Source: Candidatus Moraniibacteriota bacterium (GTDB lineage: Bacteria > Patescibacteriota > Minisyncoccia > Moranbacterales > UBA1568). Taken from it: a stretch of DNA of 64,000 bases. Within the stretch, counting starts at the first letter, position 1; every line of letters starts with the position of its first letter. Positions 41,893 to 50,980 of this stretch are shown piece after piece. The stretch covers positions 6,682 through 70,681 of the forward strand of contig JAHFON010000003.1 in assembly GCA_023261695.1 (NCBI GenBank), written 5' to 3'. The position numbers and the translations under genes were made by a program. The notes beneath the pieces were generated by a model that worked only from the letters and a program-made list of their open reading frames with translations, did no database searches and had not been told where the DNA came from.

Positions 41893-42708
41893 ATGATGAA
41901 GAAACAAACTATCAAACTTTTTTCCTGGAACGTAAATGGTATTCGCGCCGTGCATAAAAAGGGCCTGTTTTTATCGTTTGTGGAAAAATATAATCCTGAT
42001 ATTTTATGTTTGCAGGAAACGAAGGCTATGCAGGGACAGGCGGAGATTGATTTGCCGCGATATGAAGAATATTGGAACTCCGCTCAGAAAAAAGGTTATG
42101 CCGGCACTGCGATATTTACGCAACCAAAACCTTTGTTTGTCCAAAATGATTTTCCTAAAGAAATTGCCGTAAAATACAGCTTGGGTCATGACGGGTACGG
42201 TGATCCCACGCTGGAAGGAAGAATGATCGCGGCGGAATACGAAAAATTTTTTCTTGTGACCGTGTATACTCCCAATTCCAAACCTGACTTAAGCCGACTT
42301 CAGTTACGCCACAAAAAATGGGATCCGGCTTTTTTGGCGTATTGCAAATTTCTGGAGAAAAAGAAACCGGTGGTGTTTTGCGGAGATTTCAATGTGGCTC
42401 ACACACCCGATGATCTAGCCAATCCCAAGCAAAACGAAGGTGAGCACGGGTTTACCCAAGAAGAACGGGCGGGGTTTCAGAATTTTCTTGACGCAGGATT
42501 TGTGGACACGTTTCGAATGTTTCATCAGGGGAACGGGTTCTATACGTGGTGGTCGCATTTTGCGAACGCCCGCGCGCGCAACATCGGCTGGCGTCTTGAT
42601 TATTTTTTGACTAGTGAAAAATTACGGGGCTGCGTCAAAGACGCTTTCATTTTGCCGGAAGTCATGGGATCAGATCATTGCCCCGTCGGAATTACATTGG
42701 AAATATGA
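41893..42708 (+). CDS. xth: Exodeoxyribonuclease III
   Basis: LFSWNVNGIRA, catalytic His near C-terminus (SDHCPV). Track start is GTG 41884. Confidence 0.85.
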   Translation: MMKKQTIKLFSWNVNGIRAVHKKGLFLSFVEKYNPDILCLQETKAMQGQAEIDLPRYEEYWNSAQKKGYAGTAIFTQPKPLFVQNDFPKEIAVKYSLGHDGYGDPTLEGRMIAAEYEKFFLVTVYTPNSKPDLSRLQLRHKKWDPAFLAYCKFLEKKKPVVFCGDFNVAHTPDDLANPKQNEGEHGFTQEERAGFQNFLDAGFVDTFRMFHQGNGFYTWWSHFANARARNIGWRLDYFLTSEKLRGCVKDAFILPEVMGSDHCPVGITLEI

Positions 42709-43940
42709 AAAACCATTATGCTCCGTTAGCCGAAAGAATGCGTCCGAAAAAATTGGAAGATTTTTTGGGACAGGAGCAAGTTTTTGGCGCCGATACTTTT
42801 TTGAGGCTGGCTTTGGCGGAGGGGCATATTCCCTCGCTCATTTTATGGGGGCCTCCCGGAAGCGGCAAGACGACTCTGGCGCGTTTGTTGTCCCAAGAAT
42901 TGTCGGCGGATTTCATCCAATTTTCTGGTGTGGCGAGCGGTAAAAAGGATTTGCGGGAGGTTACCTTGCGCGCTGAGAATAATTATAAGGACAAGAAGCA
43001 GACGATTTTATTTTTAGATGAAATCCATCGCTGGAACAAAGCGCAACAAGACGCGCTTTTACCGTATGTGGAATCCGGTGTGATAACGCTTGTCGGCGCA
43101 ACGACGGAAAATCCGAGTTTTGAAATCAACGCCGCTTTGCTTTCCCGGACGCGCGTACTAGTTCTGAAAAAATTGAATCAGGAAATTTTGGTAACGCTTC
43201 TCAAACGGGCGCTCAAGACTGATGAAATACTGCTTAAACAAAAAATAAAAGCGGATGAAAAAGCATTCACTTTTATTGCGGCAGTTTCCGGAGGCGACGC
43301 GAGGCAGGCGTTTAATATTTTGGAGGCCTGCGCTTCTCAAGAAAAAAATATTACGCCAAAAATTGTGGAAAAAGTGGTGGAGCGTTCGCATATACTTTAT
43401 GATAAAGGCGGTGAGGAGCATTACAATATTATTTCCGCTTTGCATAAATCAATGCGCGGTAATAATGCTGACGCGGCGCTGTATTGGCTCGGGCGGATGT
43501 TGGAAGCGGGAGAGGATCCGCTCTATGTGGCGCGGCGGTTAGTGCGGTTTGCTTCCGAGGACGTGGGACTAGCCAACTCATTTGCTTTGCCGCAGGCTGT
43601 TGCGGTCTATCAAGCCTGCCAATATCTTGGAATGCCGGAGTGCGAGGTGCATCTGGCGCAGGCGGTGGTATATCTCGCGAGTTCCAAGAAAAGTAACGCG
43701 CTTTACGCGGCTTATAACCAAGTAAAAGAGGATGTCCGCCAATTTCCCAACGAACCCGTCCCGCTTCATTTGCGAAACGCCCCAACCAGACTAATGAAAG
43801 AATTGGGATACGGAAAAGATTATAAATATACGCCGAATTTCAAAAATGCAAAATCTGCTCAACAGGAATATCTACCGGAAATACTCAAAGAACGGAAATA
43901 TTTGGAGATTAAGAGTAAAAACAGCACAACAGAAACGTGA
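42705..43940 (+). CDS. rarA: Replication-associated recombination protein A (AAA+ ATPase)
   Basis: [18 protein letters not shown] Walker [13 protein letters not shown] Walker B. ATGA overlap with xth. Confidence 0.9.
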   Translation: MKNHYAPLAERMRPKKLEDFLGQEQVFGADTFLRLALAEGHIPSLILWGPPGSGKTTLARLLSQELSADFIQFSGVASGKKDLREVTLRAENNYKDKKQTILFLDEIHRWNKAQQDALLPYVESGVITLVGATTENPSFEINAALLSRTRVLVLKKLNQEILVTLLKRALKTDEILLKQKIKADEKAFTFIAAVSGGDARQAFNILEACASQEKNITPKIVEKVVERSHILYDKGGEEHYNIISALHKSMRGNNADAALYWLGRMLEAGEDPLYVARRLVRFASEDVGLANSFALPQAVAVYQACQYLGMPECEVHLAQAVVYLASSKKSNALYAAYNQVKEDVRQFPNEPVPLHLRNAPTRLMKELGYGKDYKYTPNFKNAKSAQQEYLPEILKERKYLEIKSKNSTTET

Positions 43941-44014
43941 TCTCAAAACAATGATTGCGGAATTATGTTACATTCTATAATAAGAATATGAATTGTATTT
44001 AACTATTTTAAATT

Positions 44015-45497
44015 ATGAAAATACTGGTTTCTCGGGAAGATGCGAATTATTGGCAGAAGAAAGGCGCTTTAGCATTCCGTTTTCAATTTGGAAATGAGAG
44101 TAAAGACGGAATTATCATAGAGCGAAACGGACAACATACGTGCTTTATCGCTTTGGGAGAGAAAGAAAAACCCGCCCGCAACGATTCGCAGGCGAAACGC
44201 GGTGATTCTGGCGGGATGACGCGGCGTAAGCTGATACTTCTGGCACGGCGGGTAGTCTTTGAGGCGTTGAGGAAAAAATACACAAACATCGTCTTGGACT
44301 TCCGGCAGTTTCGTTTTCCGGCAATCAAGATAACTGATGGCGAACTGGCTGAATTATTGGCGATAAACTTTCTGATGGCGAGTTTTGAATTTCGGGATTT
44401 TCTTTCCAAACCGAAAGAGGGGTTTCCAAAAGTAAATACCATTACTCTTGTGAACGCATCCGGAAAAGAAATTCAGAGTGGTATAGAACGCGGTATTATC
44501 ATCGGAGAAGAAGTGAATCATGCTCGGCATATTGCGACGATGCCGGGAGGAAATATGACGCCGGCGATTCTCGCCAAACATACCAAGCAATCCGTGAAAG
44601 GTTTGCCTATCCAATTCAGCGTTTTGAATGAGACGCAAATGGCGCGTTTGAAAATGGGCGGCGTGCTGGCTGTTGGTCAGGGGTCTCAAGAGAAGTCGCG
44701 TTTTATTATTTTGGAATATTTTGGCGCGGGTAAGCCCGCCCAAGGCGGATCCGCCTCTAGCGGAAAAGAAAAACCAATTTGTCCTTGTGGGCAAGGGCGT
44801 GACATTTGATACAGGCGGAATCAATCTCAAACCCACCGATGCCATTCTGGGGATGAATATGGATATGTCTGGCGGCGCGGCGGTTATTCATACGTTGATT
44901 GCTGCGGCTCGTTTGAAGCTTCGGAAAAATATTGTGGCGCTCATTCCGGCCGTGGAGAATGCGCCGTCGGGATCAAGTTATCGCCCCGGGGACGTGCTTC
45001 GTTCAATGTCCGGCAAGACGATTGAGGTGCGAAACACGGACGCGGAAGGCAGAATTATTTTGGCCGACGCGCTTACTTATGCCAAGCGTTACCGACCGGC
45101 GTTGGTTGTGGATGTCGCGACACTCACGGGTTCCGCGGTGGTCGCGCTCGGAGAAAGAGCCATCGCGCTTTTTACGCAAGACGAAAAATTGGAACAAACA
45201 TTTCGTCTTTTGGGTGAGGAGAGCGGGGATTATGTCTGGCCGTTGCCTTTGTGGGACGAGTATGACGAAGACATCAAAGGAGTGTTTGGCGATGTGGCGA
45301 ATGTCGGCAAAACGCGCTACGGAGATGCTATTTTAGCAGCCGTGTTTCTCAAACAATTTGTAGCGGACGCGTATCCATGGACGCACCTGGATATCGCGCC
45401 GCGGATGACGGCTTTACCTGATGAATTTCTAGCTAAAGGTTCCGCCGGCGCTCCCGTGAGACTTTTGGTAAAATTGCTGGAGAAGTTTACGAAGTAG
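44015..45497 (+). pseudogene. pepA: Leucyl aminopeptidase (M17) interrupted by a frameshift near 44745-44790
   Basis: N-part (frame 2, 44015-44809) and C-part (frame 0) with VGKGVTFDTGG and NTDAEGR motifs. A-rich run gaaaagaaaaacc at the junction. Confidence 0.75.
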
Positions 45498-45527
45498 TTG
45501 CTTCAATTGGATCATAAAAATAACTTT

Positions 45528-45555
45528 GCCCTTAGCGGGCATTTTATTTTTTTAT
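45528..45555 (+). terminator. Weak terminator after pepA
   Basis: gccc-ttagc-gggc then attttattttttt. Confidence 0.3.
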
Positions 45556-45594
45556 GGCTTTTTCTAGCCATTTTTTTGGTGTATAACTTTTGTG

Positions 45595-45623
45595 TTGACG
45601 AGTGAATATTGGTGGCATATAAT
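45595..45623 (+). promoter_or_regulatory. Sigma70-like promoter of the dcw cluster
   Basis: TTGACG (45595-45600), 17 nt, TATAAT (45618-45623). Confidence 0.55.
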
Positions 45624-45658
45624 GTGGAAGCAGTTAATAGAAGTGGGTAATAGTGGGG
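45624..45658 (+). promoter_or_regulatory. Putative MraZ operator (direct GTGGG repeats)
   Basis: GTGGA 45624, GTGGGT 45643 and GTGGGG 45653 with 19- and 10-nt spacing, immediately downstream of the -10. Confidence 0.4.
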
Positions 45659-45811
45659 AAACATAGAAAAAGGAAAATTAAAAAATTAAAATTAAAAATG
45701 ACAGATAAAAAACTTTCAAATAAGCAAAATCTAAAACATTTTTGAATTTAACGGGTTTTTCTTTTTGCGTTATCACTTTCCATTTTGATATTTACATTTT
45801 GATTTGAAATT

Positions 45812-46246
45812 ATGTTCATCGGAGAATATACGCACACTATAGATCCTAAAAAGCGTCTGGCGCTTCCTTCCAAGTTTCGCGGCGAACTGGGAAGCAAAGT
45901 CGTAGTGACGCGCGGACTGGATAATTGTTTGTTCGTGTATCCGATAAGAGTCTGGGATGAACTGGCATCAAAATTAGGAACATTACCCGTCGGCGAATCT
46001 GGCACGCGCAGTTTCATTCGTGTGATGTTGGCTGGAGCGACAGATGTGGAACTGGACAGTCAGGGACGCATTCTGCTTCCGGAATATTTGAAAACTGATG
46101 GAGGGTTGAAGAAAGACGTCACCATAGTCGGACTTTTCAACCGTTTGGAGATTTGGGATACGCCCCGGTGGAAAAAATATAAGAATCAAGCAGAGAAGAA
46201 TACCGGTAAGATTGCTGAAGAACTGGGTAAGCTGGGAGTCTACTAA
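45812..46246 (+). CDS. mraZ: Transcriptional regulator MraZ
   Basis: MFIGEYTHTIDPKKRLALPSKFR, duplicated MraZ fold. 144 aa. Confidence 0.9.
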   Translation: MFIGEYTHTIDPKKRLALPSKFRGELGSKVVVTRGLDNCLFVYPIRVWDELASKLGTLPVGESGTRSFIRVMLAGATDVELDSQGRILLPEYLKTDGGLKKDVTIVGLFNRLEIWDTPRWKKYKNQAEKNTGKIAEELGKLGVY

Positions 46247-46276
46247 GTTACTACAAATTTGTAATTTGTAGAGGTT

Positions 46277-47227
46277 ATGACAAGACATATTCCCGTATTG
46301 CTGGAAGAGACGATAGATGAGTTGCACCTTACAAAAGGAAATATGGTGGTGGACGTTACTTTGGGCGGCGGAGGGCATACGCGGGAAATACTGAAACGCC
46401 ACGGTAGAGTAATCGCGTTGGACGCGGACGAAGACGCACTCGCAAGATTTCAGACACACGCGCAGTCTGACCCCGTTCTCAAACGCGCGCTCACGGATAG
46501 ATCTCTAGTGCTCGTGCGCGCCAATTATTCTACGCTTGATGAAGTGTTGGAGCATGCGGGAGTCGAATTGTGTGACGCGATTGTCGCGGATCTCGGATTT
46601 TCTTCCGATCAGATTGAAGAGGGAGAAAGGGGTTTCAGTTTTTTACACAGCGGCCCTTTGGATATGCGCTTTGATCGGACGACGGAACTTACGGCCGAGA
46701 AAATAGTGAACACGTTTTCGGCTGCGGAGCTCTCCAGAATTTTTCGCGAGTACGGAGATGAGAGCGAAGCCAAGCGCATAGCTCTGGCGATTGAAATTTC
46801 TCGTCGGGAGAAGTCCATTATGACAACCGAAGAATTGCGTGAAATTATTACCCAAGCCTATCCCAAGGGCAAGCGGCGCGGAATGAAAATCCACCCGGCC
46901 ACGAAGGTATTTCAGGCTCTGCGCATAGCGGTTAATCATGAGTTTGAACACCTGGAGAGTTTTCTTTCGCAAGCGCTGAAACATTTGAAACCGAGCGGAC
47001 GTTTGGCGATTATCACGTTTCACTCCGGCGAAGACGGTCTGGTCAAGAGATTTTTCAAAAACCAAGCGCGCGGCTGTATCTGCCCGCCGAAATTTCCCGT
47101 CTGTATCTGCGGACGTAAGCCGGCCATCAAAATAGTTACCAAAAAGCCCATTATGCCGAACGCAACAGAAATAAAAAATAATCCGCGATCCCGAAGCGCC
47201 AGACTGCGTGTCGTGGAAAAATTATGA
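46277..47227 (+). CDS. rsmH: 16S rRNA (cytosine1402-N4)-methyltransferase
   Basis: HIPVLLEETIDEL...VDVTLGGGGHT SAM-binding motif. Confidence 0.9.
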   Translation: MTRHIPVLLEETIDELHLTKGNMVVDVTLGGGGHTREILKRHGRVIALDADEDALARFQTHAQSDPVLKRALTDRSLVLVRANYSTLDEVLEHAGVELCDAIVADLGFSSDQIEEGERGFSFLHSGPLDMRFDRTTELTAEKIVNTFSAAELSRIFREYGDESEAKRIALAIEISRREKSIMTTEELREIITQAYPKGKRRGMKIHPATKVFQALRIAVNHEFEHLESFLSQALKHLKPSGRLAIITFHSGEDGLVKRFFKNQARGCICPPKFPVCICGRKPAIKIVTKKPIMPNATEIKNNPRSRSARLRVVEKL

Positions 47228-47276
47228 CGAAAATTTGATCCGTACTCGCGAATACCCAAAAACAAAAATACAATTT

Positions 47277-47630
47277 ATGAAAACTTACAGCTGTCCCGTT
47301 AAAATAACGTCGTCTTTGGAGAAGAAAAGAAAGATGGCCGCTGGTCTTTCTGGCGCGACGCACATATTCACGCTCGGTATTCTGCTGATAATTTTCGCGG
47401 CGGGCGGCGGTTATTTGTATTCCGTCAATCGCAGCGCCGTGCAAGGTTATCGTATGCGTGCGCTGGAAAAAGAAATTGACAGACTCAAACAGGAAAACGC
47501 TGAATTCAAAATTAATGAAGCCGATTTGCGCTCGCTCTATCGGATTGAAGCTTCGGAAGAAGCGCTCTCTATGCAGAAACCCGAGTCGATAATTTATCTT
47601 GAAGAACGCGGTCCGGTGGCTTTGAAATAA
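47277..47630 (+). CDS. ftsL: FtsL-like cell-division protein (TM + coiled coil)
   Basis: Position between rsmH and ftsI, single TM (IFTLGILLIIFAAGGGYLY) followed by heptad region. Track start is GTG 47208, which overlaps rsmH. Confidence 0.45.
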   Translation: MKTYSCPVKITSSLEKKRKMAAGLSGATHIFTLGILLIIFAAGGGYLYSVNRSAVQGYRMRALEKEIDRLKQENAEFKINEADLRSLYRIEASEEALSMQKPESIIYLEERGPVALK

Positions 47631-47673
47631 TTTGAAATAAATTAACTGGATTGCGCGGCAGATACATATATGT

Positions 47674-49449
47674 ATGCGAAGCGGAGGTTATATCCGATCA
47701 AAAATAGAGAAGAAAAAACGCGCTTTTTCCGGAAATGAGAATCGGGTGCGGAGTCTGGGCGCGGTGGTTTTTTTTATCGGCGCGATTTTAATCGCGCGTT
47801 TGTATTTTATTCAGGTTGTAAGCTATGACAAATGGGTAGCCATCGCGGAGAATCAGCACAACGCTTTTCAGGCATTGATAGCTGATCGCGGAGAAGTCTA
47901 TATGCGCGATGGCGATGGCCGGTATCCGCTGGCTGTCAATCGCGAGTATCAGATGGTTTATGCTGTGCCGAGGGATATTATCGAAAAAGATTATACGGCT
48001 TCGGAACTCGCGCGTATTTTGTCACTGGATCGGTCCGTGATTGCGGAAAAGCTGAATCTCGCGAATGATCCTTTTGAAATCATCAAGAAGCGTTTGACGG
48101 ATGAAGAAGTGCAACAAATGAAACAAGTCGGACTCAAAGGCGTGGCCCTGCTTCCTGAAAAATATCGGTATTATCCGGCGGGAGAACTGGCTTCGCAGGT
48201 GGTGGGTTTCGTAAGTCTGGGCGGAAAAGACAGCGCGAGCGGATACGGCATAGAGTCGTCGCAGAATGATCACTTGCGGGGGAAAGACGGCGAGGTTTCA
48301 CAGGAAAAAGACGCGGCTGGCCGGTGGATTCCGCTGTCTGATCGTAATTTGGTATCTCCTCAAAATGGCGCCAGTTTGGTATTGACATTGGATCGCGTGA
48401 TCCAGTATGAAACGGAGAAGATACTTGGTGAAGCACTCCAAAGTTACGAAGCAAAGGGGGCATCGGCCATTGTGATGGATCCGAAAACCGGCGCAATTCT
48501 CGCGATGGCATCCCAGCCGCAATTTGATCCGAATAATTATTCCCAAGTGGAAGATTATTCCGTGTTTCTTAATCCCGCGATCAGCTTTTCGTATGAGCCG
48601 GGATCAATAATGAAGCCGATCACTATGGCCATCGGTATTGAAGAAGGAAAAGTCAACTCCAACACTGAATATGTGGACACGGGATCGGTATCTGCCAACG
48701 GCTATGTGATACGCAACGCTGAAGGCAAGGTATACGGCAGAAGCGCAATGACAAAAGTTCTGGAAGAATCCATCAATACCGGCGTGATCTTTGTGGAAAA
48801 ACTCATAGGACATCTCACTTTTAAGGAATATTTCGAACGTTTCGGATTTGGCGCGAAAACCAATATCGCCTTGCCGGCTGAACTGGCTGGCAATACGCTG
48901 AACTTGGAAAATACCCGCTCCGACGTGGCTTTTTTCACCGCGGCTTTCGGTCAAGGCGTGGCCGTGACGCCGCTTCAGATGACAACGGCGTACGCTGTTT
49001 TGGCCAATGGAGGCACGCTTTACAAACCGCAAATTGTTGAACGCGTTATCAACGCCGATGGGACGCAGGAAAAAATAGAGCCACAAGCAGTGCGCCGTGT
49101 TTTGAGTGAAGAAACCAGCCGGACTATAAGTGAGATGTTGCGCGGTGTTGTCACGCGCGGGCACGGAAAACGAGCGGACGTTCCGGGATATTTGGTCGGC
49201 GGCAAGACCGGTACGGCGCAAGTGGCGAAAAGTGACAGCAAGGGCTATGAAGAGGGGTTAAGCATCGGATCTTTTGTGGGTTACGCGCCGCTCAATGATC
49301 CGCGTTTTGTGGTTTTGGTGAAAATTGATAATCCCAAAAATGTGCAGTGGGCGGAATCCAGCGCCGCGCCGACCTTTGGCAAGATTATGAAATTTTTATT
49401 GGAGTACGCCAAGATCAAGCCGACAGAAATCGTTGCGCCGAAAAAGTAA
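47674..49449 (+). CDS. ftsI: Peptidoglycan D,D-transpeptidase (PBP2/FtsI class)
   Basis: N-terminal TM, SxxK (SIMK), SxN (SIN), KTG (KTGTA) motifs. Confidence 0.85.
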   Translation: MRSGGYIRSKIEKKKRAFSGNENRVRSLGAVVFFIGAILIARLYFIQVVSYDKWVAIAENQHNAFQALIADRGEVYMRDGDGRYPLAVNREYQMVYAVPRDIIEKDYTASELARILSLDRSVIAEKLNLANDPFEIIKKRLTDEEVQQMKQVGLKGVALLPEKYRYYPAGELASQVVGFVSLGGKDSASGYGIESSQNDHLRGKDGEVSQEKDAAGRWIPLSDRNLVSPQNGASLVLTLDRVIQYETEKILGEALQSYEAKGASAIVMDPKTGAILAMASQPQFDPNNYSQVEDYSVFLNPAISFSYEPGSIMKPITMAIGIEEGKVNSNTEYVDTGSVSANGYVIRNAEGKVYGRSAMTKVLEESINTGVIFVEKLIGHLTFKEYFERFGFGAKTNIALPAELAGNTLNLENTRSDVAFFTAAFGQGVAVTPLQMTTAYAVLANGGTLYKPQIVERVINADGTQEKIEPQAVRRVLSEETSRTISEMLRGVVTRGHGKRADVPGYLVGGKTGTAQVAKSDSKGYEEGLSIGSFVGYAPLNDPRFVVLVKIDNPKNVQWAESSAAPTFGKIMKFLLEYAKIKPTEIVAPKK

Positions 49450-49461
49450 TATTCAATACGT

Positions 49462-50253
49462 ATGGCCTCGCATCAAAGAAAAATGTTTGAAAATATTTTG
49501 CGTTTTATGGCGTGCGTGGTAATTCGCGCGCGTCAGCCGCTGATTATCGGGATCCTCGGATTATCCGGAAACACATTAACTAAAGAAGCAGTAACTTTGG
49601 TTTTATCCCAAACATATTTTGTCCGTAAGATACAAGGAGAACGCGCTGATGAAACCGATGTTTGGTTGACGATTATCGGCGCGTCAGACGCTCGCGCGCC
49701 GCTTATATATTTGATGGCGGCTTTTTTTCGCTGGCTGGCGATAATGGTTCTGCCTATACGCTATCCGGATGTGCTGGTGCTGGAAATGAACATTGAACAA
49801 CTTGGGGACGCAGAACATTTAATGAGTTGCATACCGATGAAAATCGGCGTGGTTACGCAGATTATCTCAAACGACAACACGTCTTCCGAATTTGCGGGAG
49901 ATGTCGTCAAAAAATATGGGAAGCTGATGGCGCTTCTGCCGGAAGACGGCTTTGCCATTTTGAACGCCGATGATAAACGCATACTTAAGCTTAGGGAAAA
50001 AACGCCAGCCAAAGTTATCACTTATGGTTTTGGCGCAGACGCGTTGTTGTTGGCGGATAACCCGGTTTCTCATCGCGAACTGGGGGGGGATGAAGGATTT
50101 AGTTTCAAACTTAATTATGATGGCAAAACGATACCTGTGCGCTTGCCGAAATCAGCTACCACGGCGCACATTGAACCGGCGCTTACGGCGGCGGCTGTCG
50201 GCATCGCGCTCAAAATGAATCTGGTGGAGATCGTTTCAATTTTGGAAACGTAA
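49462..50253 (+). CDS. Truncated/degenerate Mur-ligase-like protein (MurF/MurE-like fragment)
   Basis: LNADDKR, ITYGFG and a degenerate P-loop GLSGNT in place of GTNGKT. 263 aa, lacks C-terminal domain. Lies at the boundary of the AT-rich island. Confidence 0.45.
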   Translation: MASHQRKMFENILRFMACVVIRARQPLIIGILGLSGNTLTKEAVTLVLSQTYFVRKIQGERADETDVWLTIIGASDARAPLIYLMAAFFRWLAIMVLPIRYPDVLVLEMNIEQLGDAEHLMSCIPMKIGVVTQIISNDNTSSEFAGDVVKKYGKLMALLPEDGFAILNADDKRILKLREKTPAKVITYGFGADALLLADNPVSHRELGGDEGFSFKLNYDGKTIPVRLPKSATTAHIEPALTAAAVGIALKMNLVEIVSILET

Positions 50254-50407
50254 TTTGTTAAATTTTCCTTGATTTGCTACACTAACACCTCACAATCGAG
50301 TGGGTTAATTATGTTGAAATTGTGGAAACAAGTTCTTTATCAATTGAATGTATGATGAAGGAGAGCGTTGGTATTTTACAACAATGAAAAAACTAGGGAG
50401 GGGTATT

Positions 50408-50842
50408 ATGAAGTACATTCATATTCACGTACGAGTTGTTGATCTTGTAGAGATTCTCGGAAAAGACAGGTTTCCCAATCAAGAGGATGAGAAAGTCAAT
50501 GCTGGAGATCTTTTGGAATGGTGTGTTGTTAAATATCCTTCTGGTAATACTGGTAATAAAAATTCTCCCGGCAGAATAGGTGAGGTTTCATTGCTCTCGT
50601 TTCCTGTTCAGTTTATGCAGGACATGTTACTTTCTACCCTTGAGGGAAAAGAGTATGGCGTTGAAGAATGCAGAGGCATGAAGCATGTTCATTCTTGCGG
50701 TTGTATTGAAATCACTCGCTGGGCGCATTTAGATCGCGAGTTTGGCCAGTCTGTTCTTTGCCCAACTTGTAATGACCGCATGTATCGCACCGTTCCTTTT
50801 ATACAAAATACCGTTTCAAAATGTTCATTGCATGCTACATAG
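50408..50842 (+). CDS. Hypothetical Cys/His-rich small protein (first gene of AT-rich island)
   Basis: RBS gggagggg before ATG 50408. HSCGC...CPTC cysteine cluster. Confidence 0.35.
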   Translation: MKYIHIHVRVVDLVEILGKDRFPNQEDEKVNAGDLLEWCVVKYPSGNTGNKNSPGRIGEVSLLSFPVQFMQDMLLSTLEGKEYGVEECRGMKHVHSCGCIEITRWAHLDREFGQSVLCPTCNDRMYRTVPFIQNTVSKCSLHAT

Positions 50843-50980
50843 TCAGCTAACGAAGAAGGGTAGTTTACTATTTGCTGTAAGCCCTCGTGGTGGTAAGTTG
50901 TCCACCACGGGGGACTTTTTATTTTTGGAAAAATACCATATTATTAAATTCGGGTAGTCTATTAATATTGCTTAGTTTGT

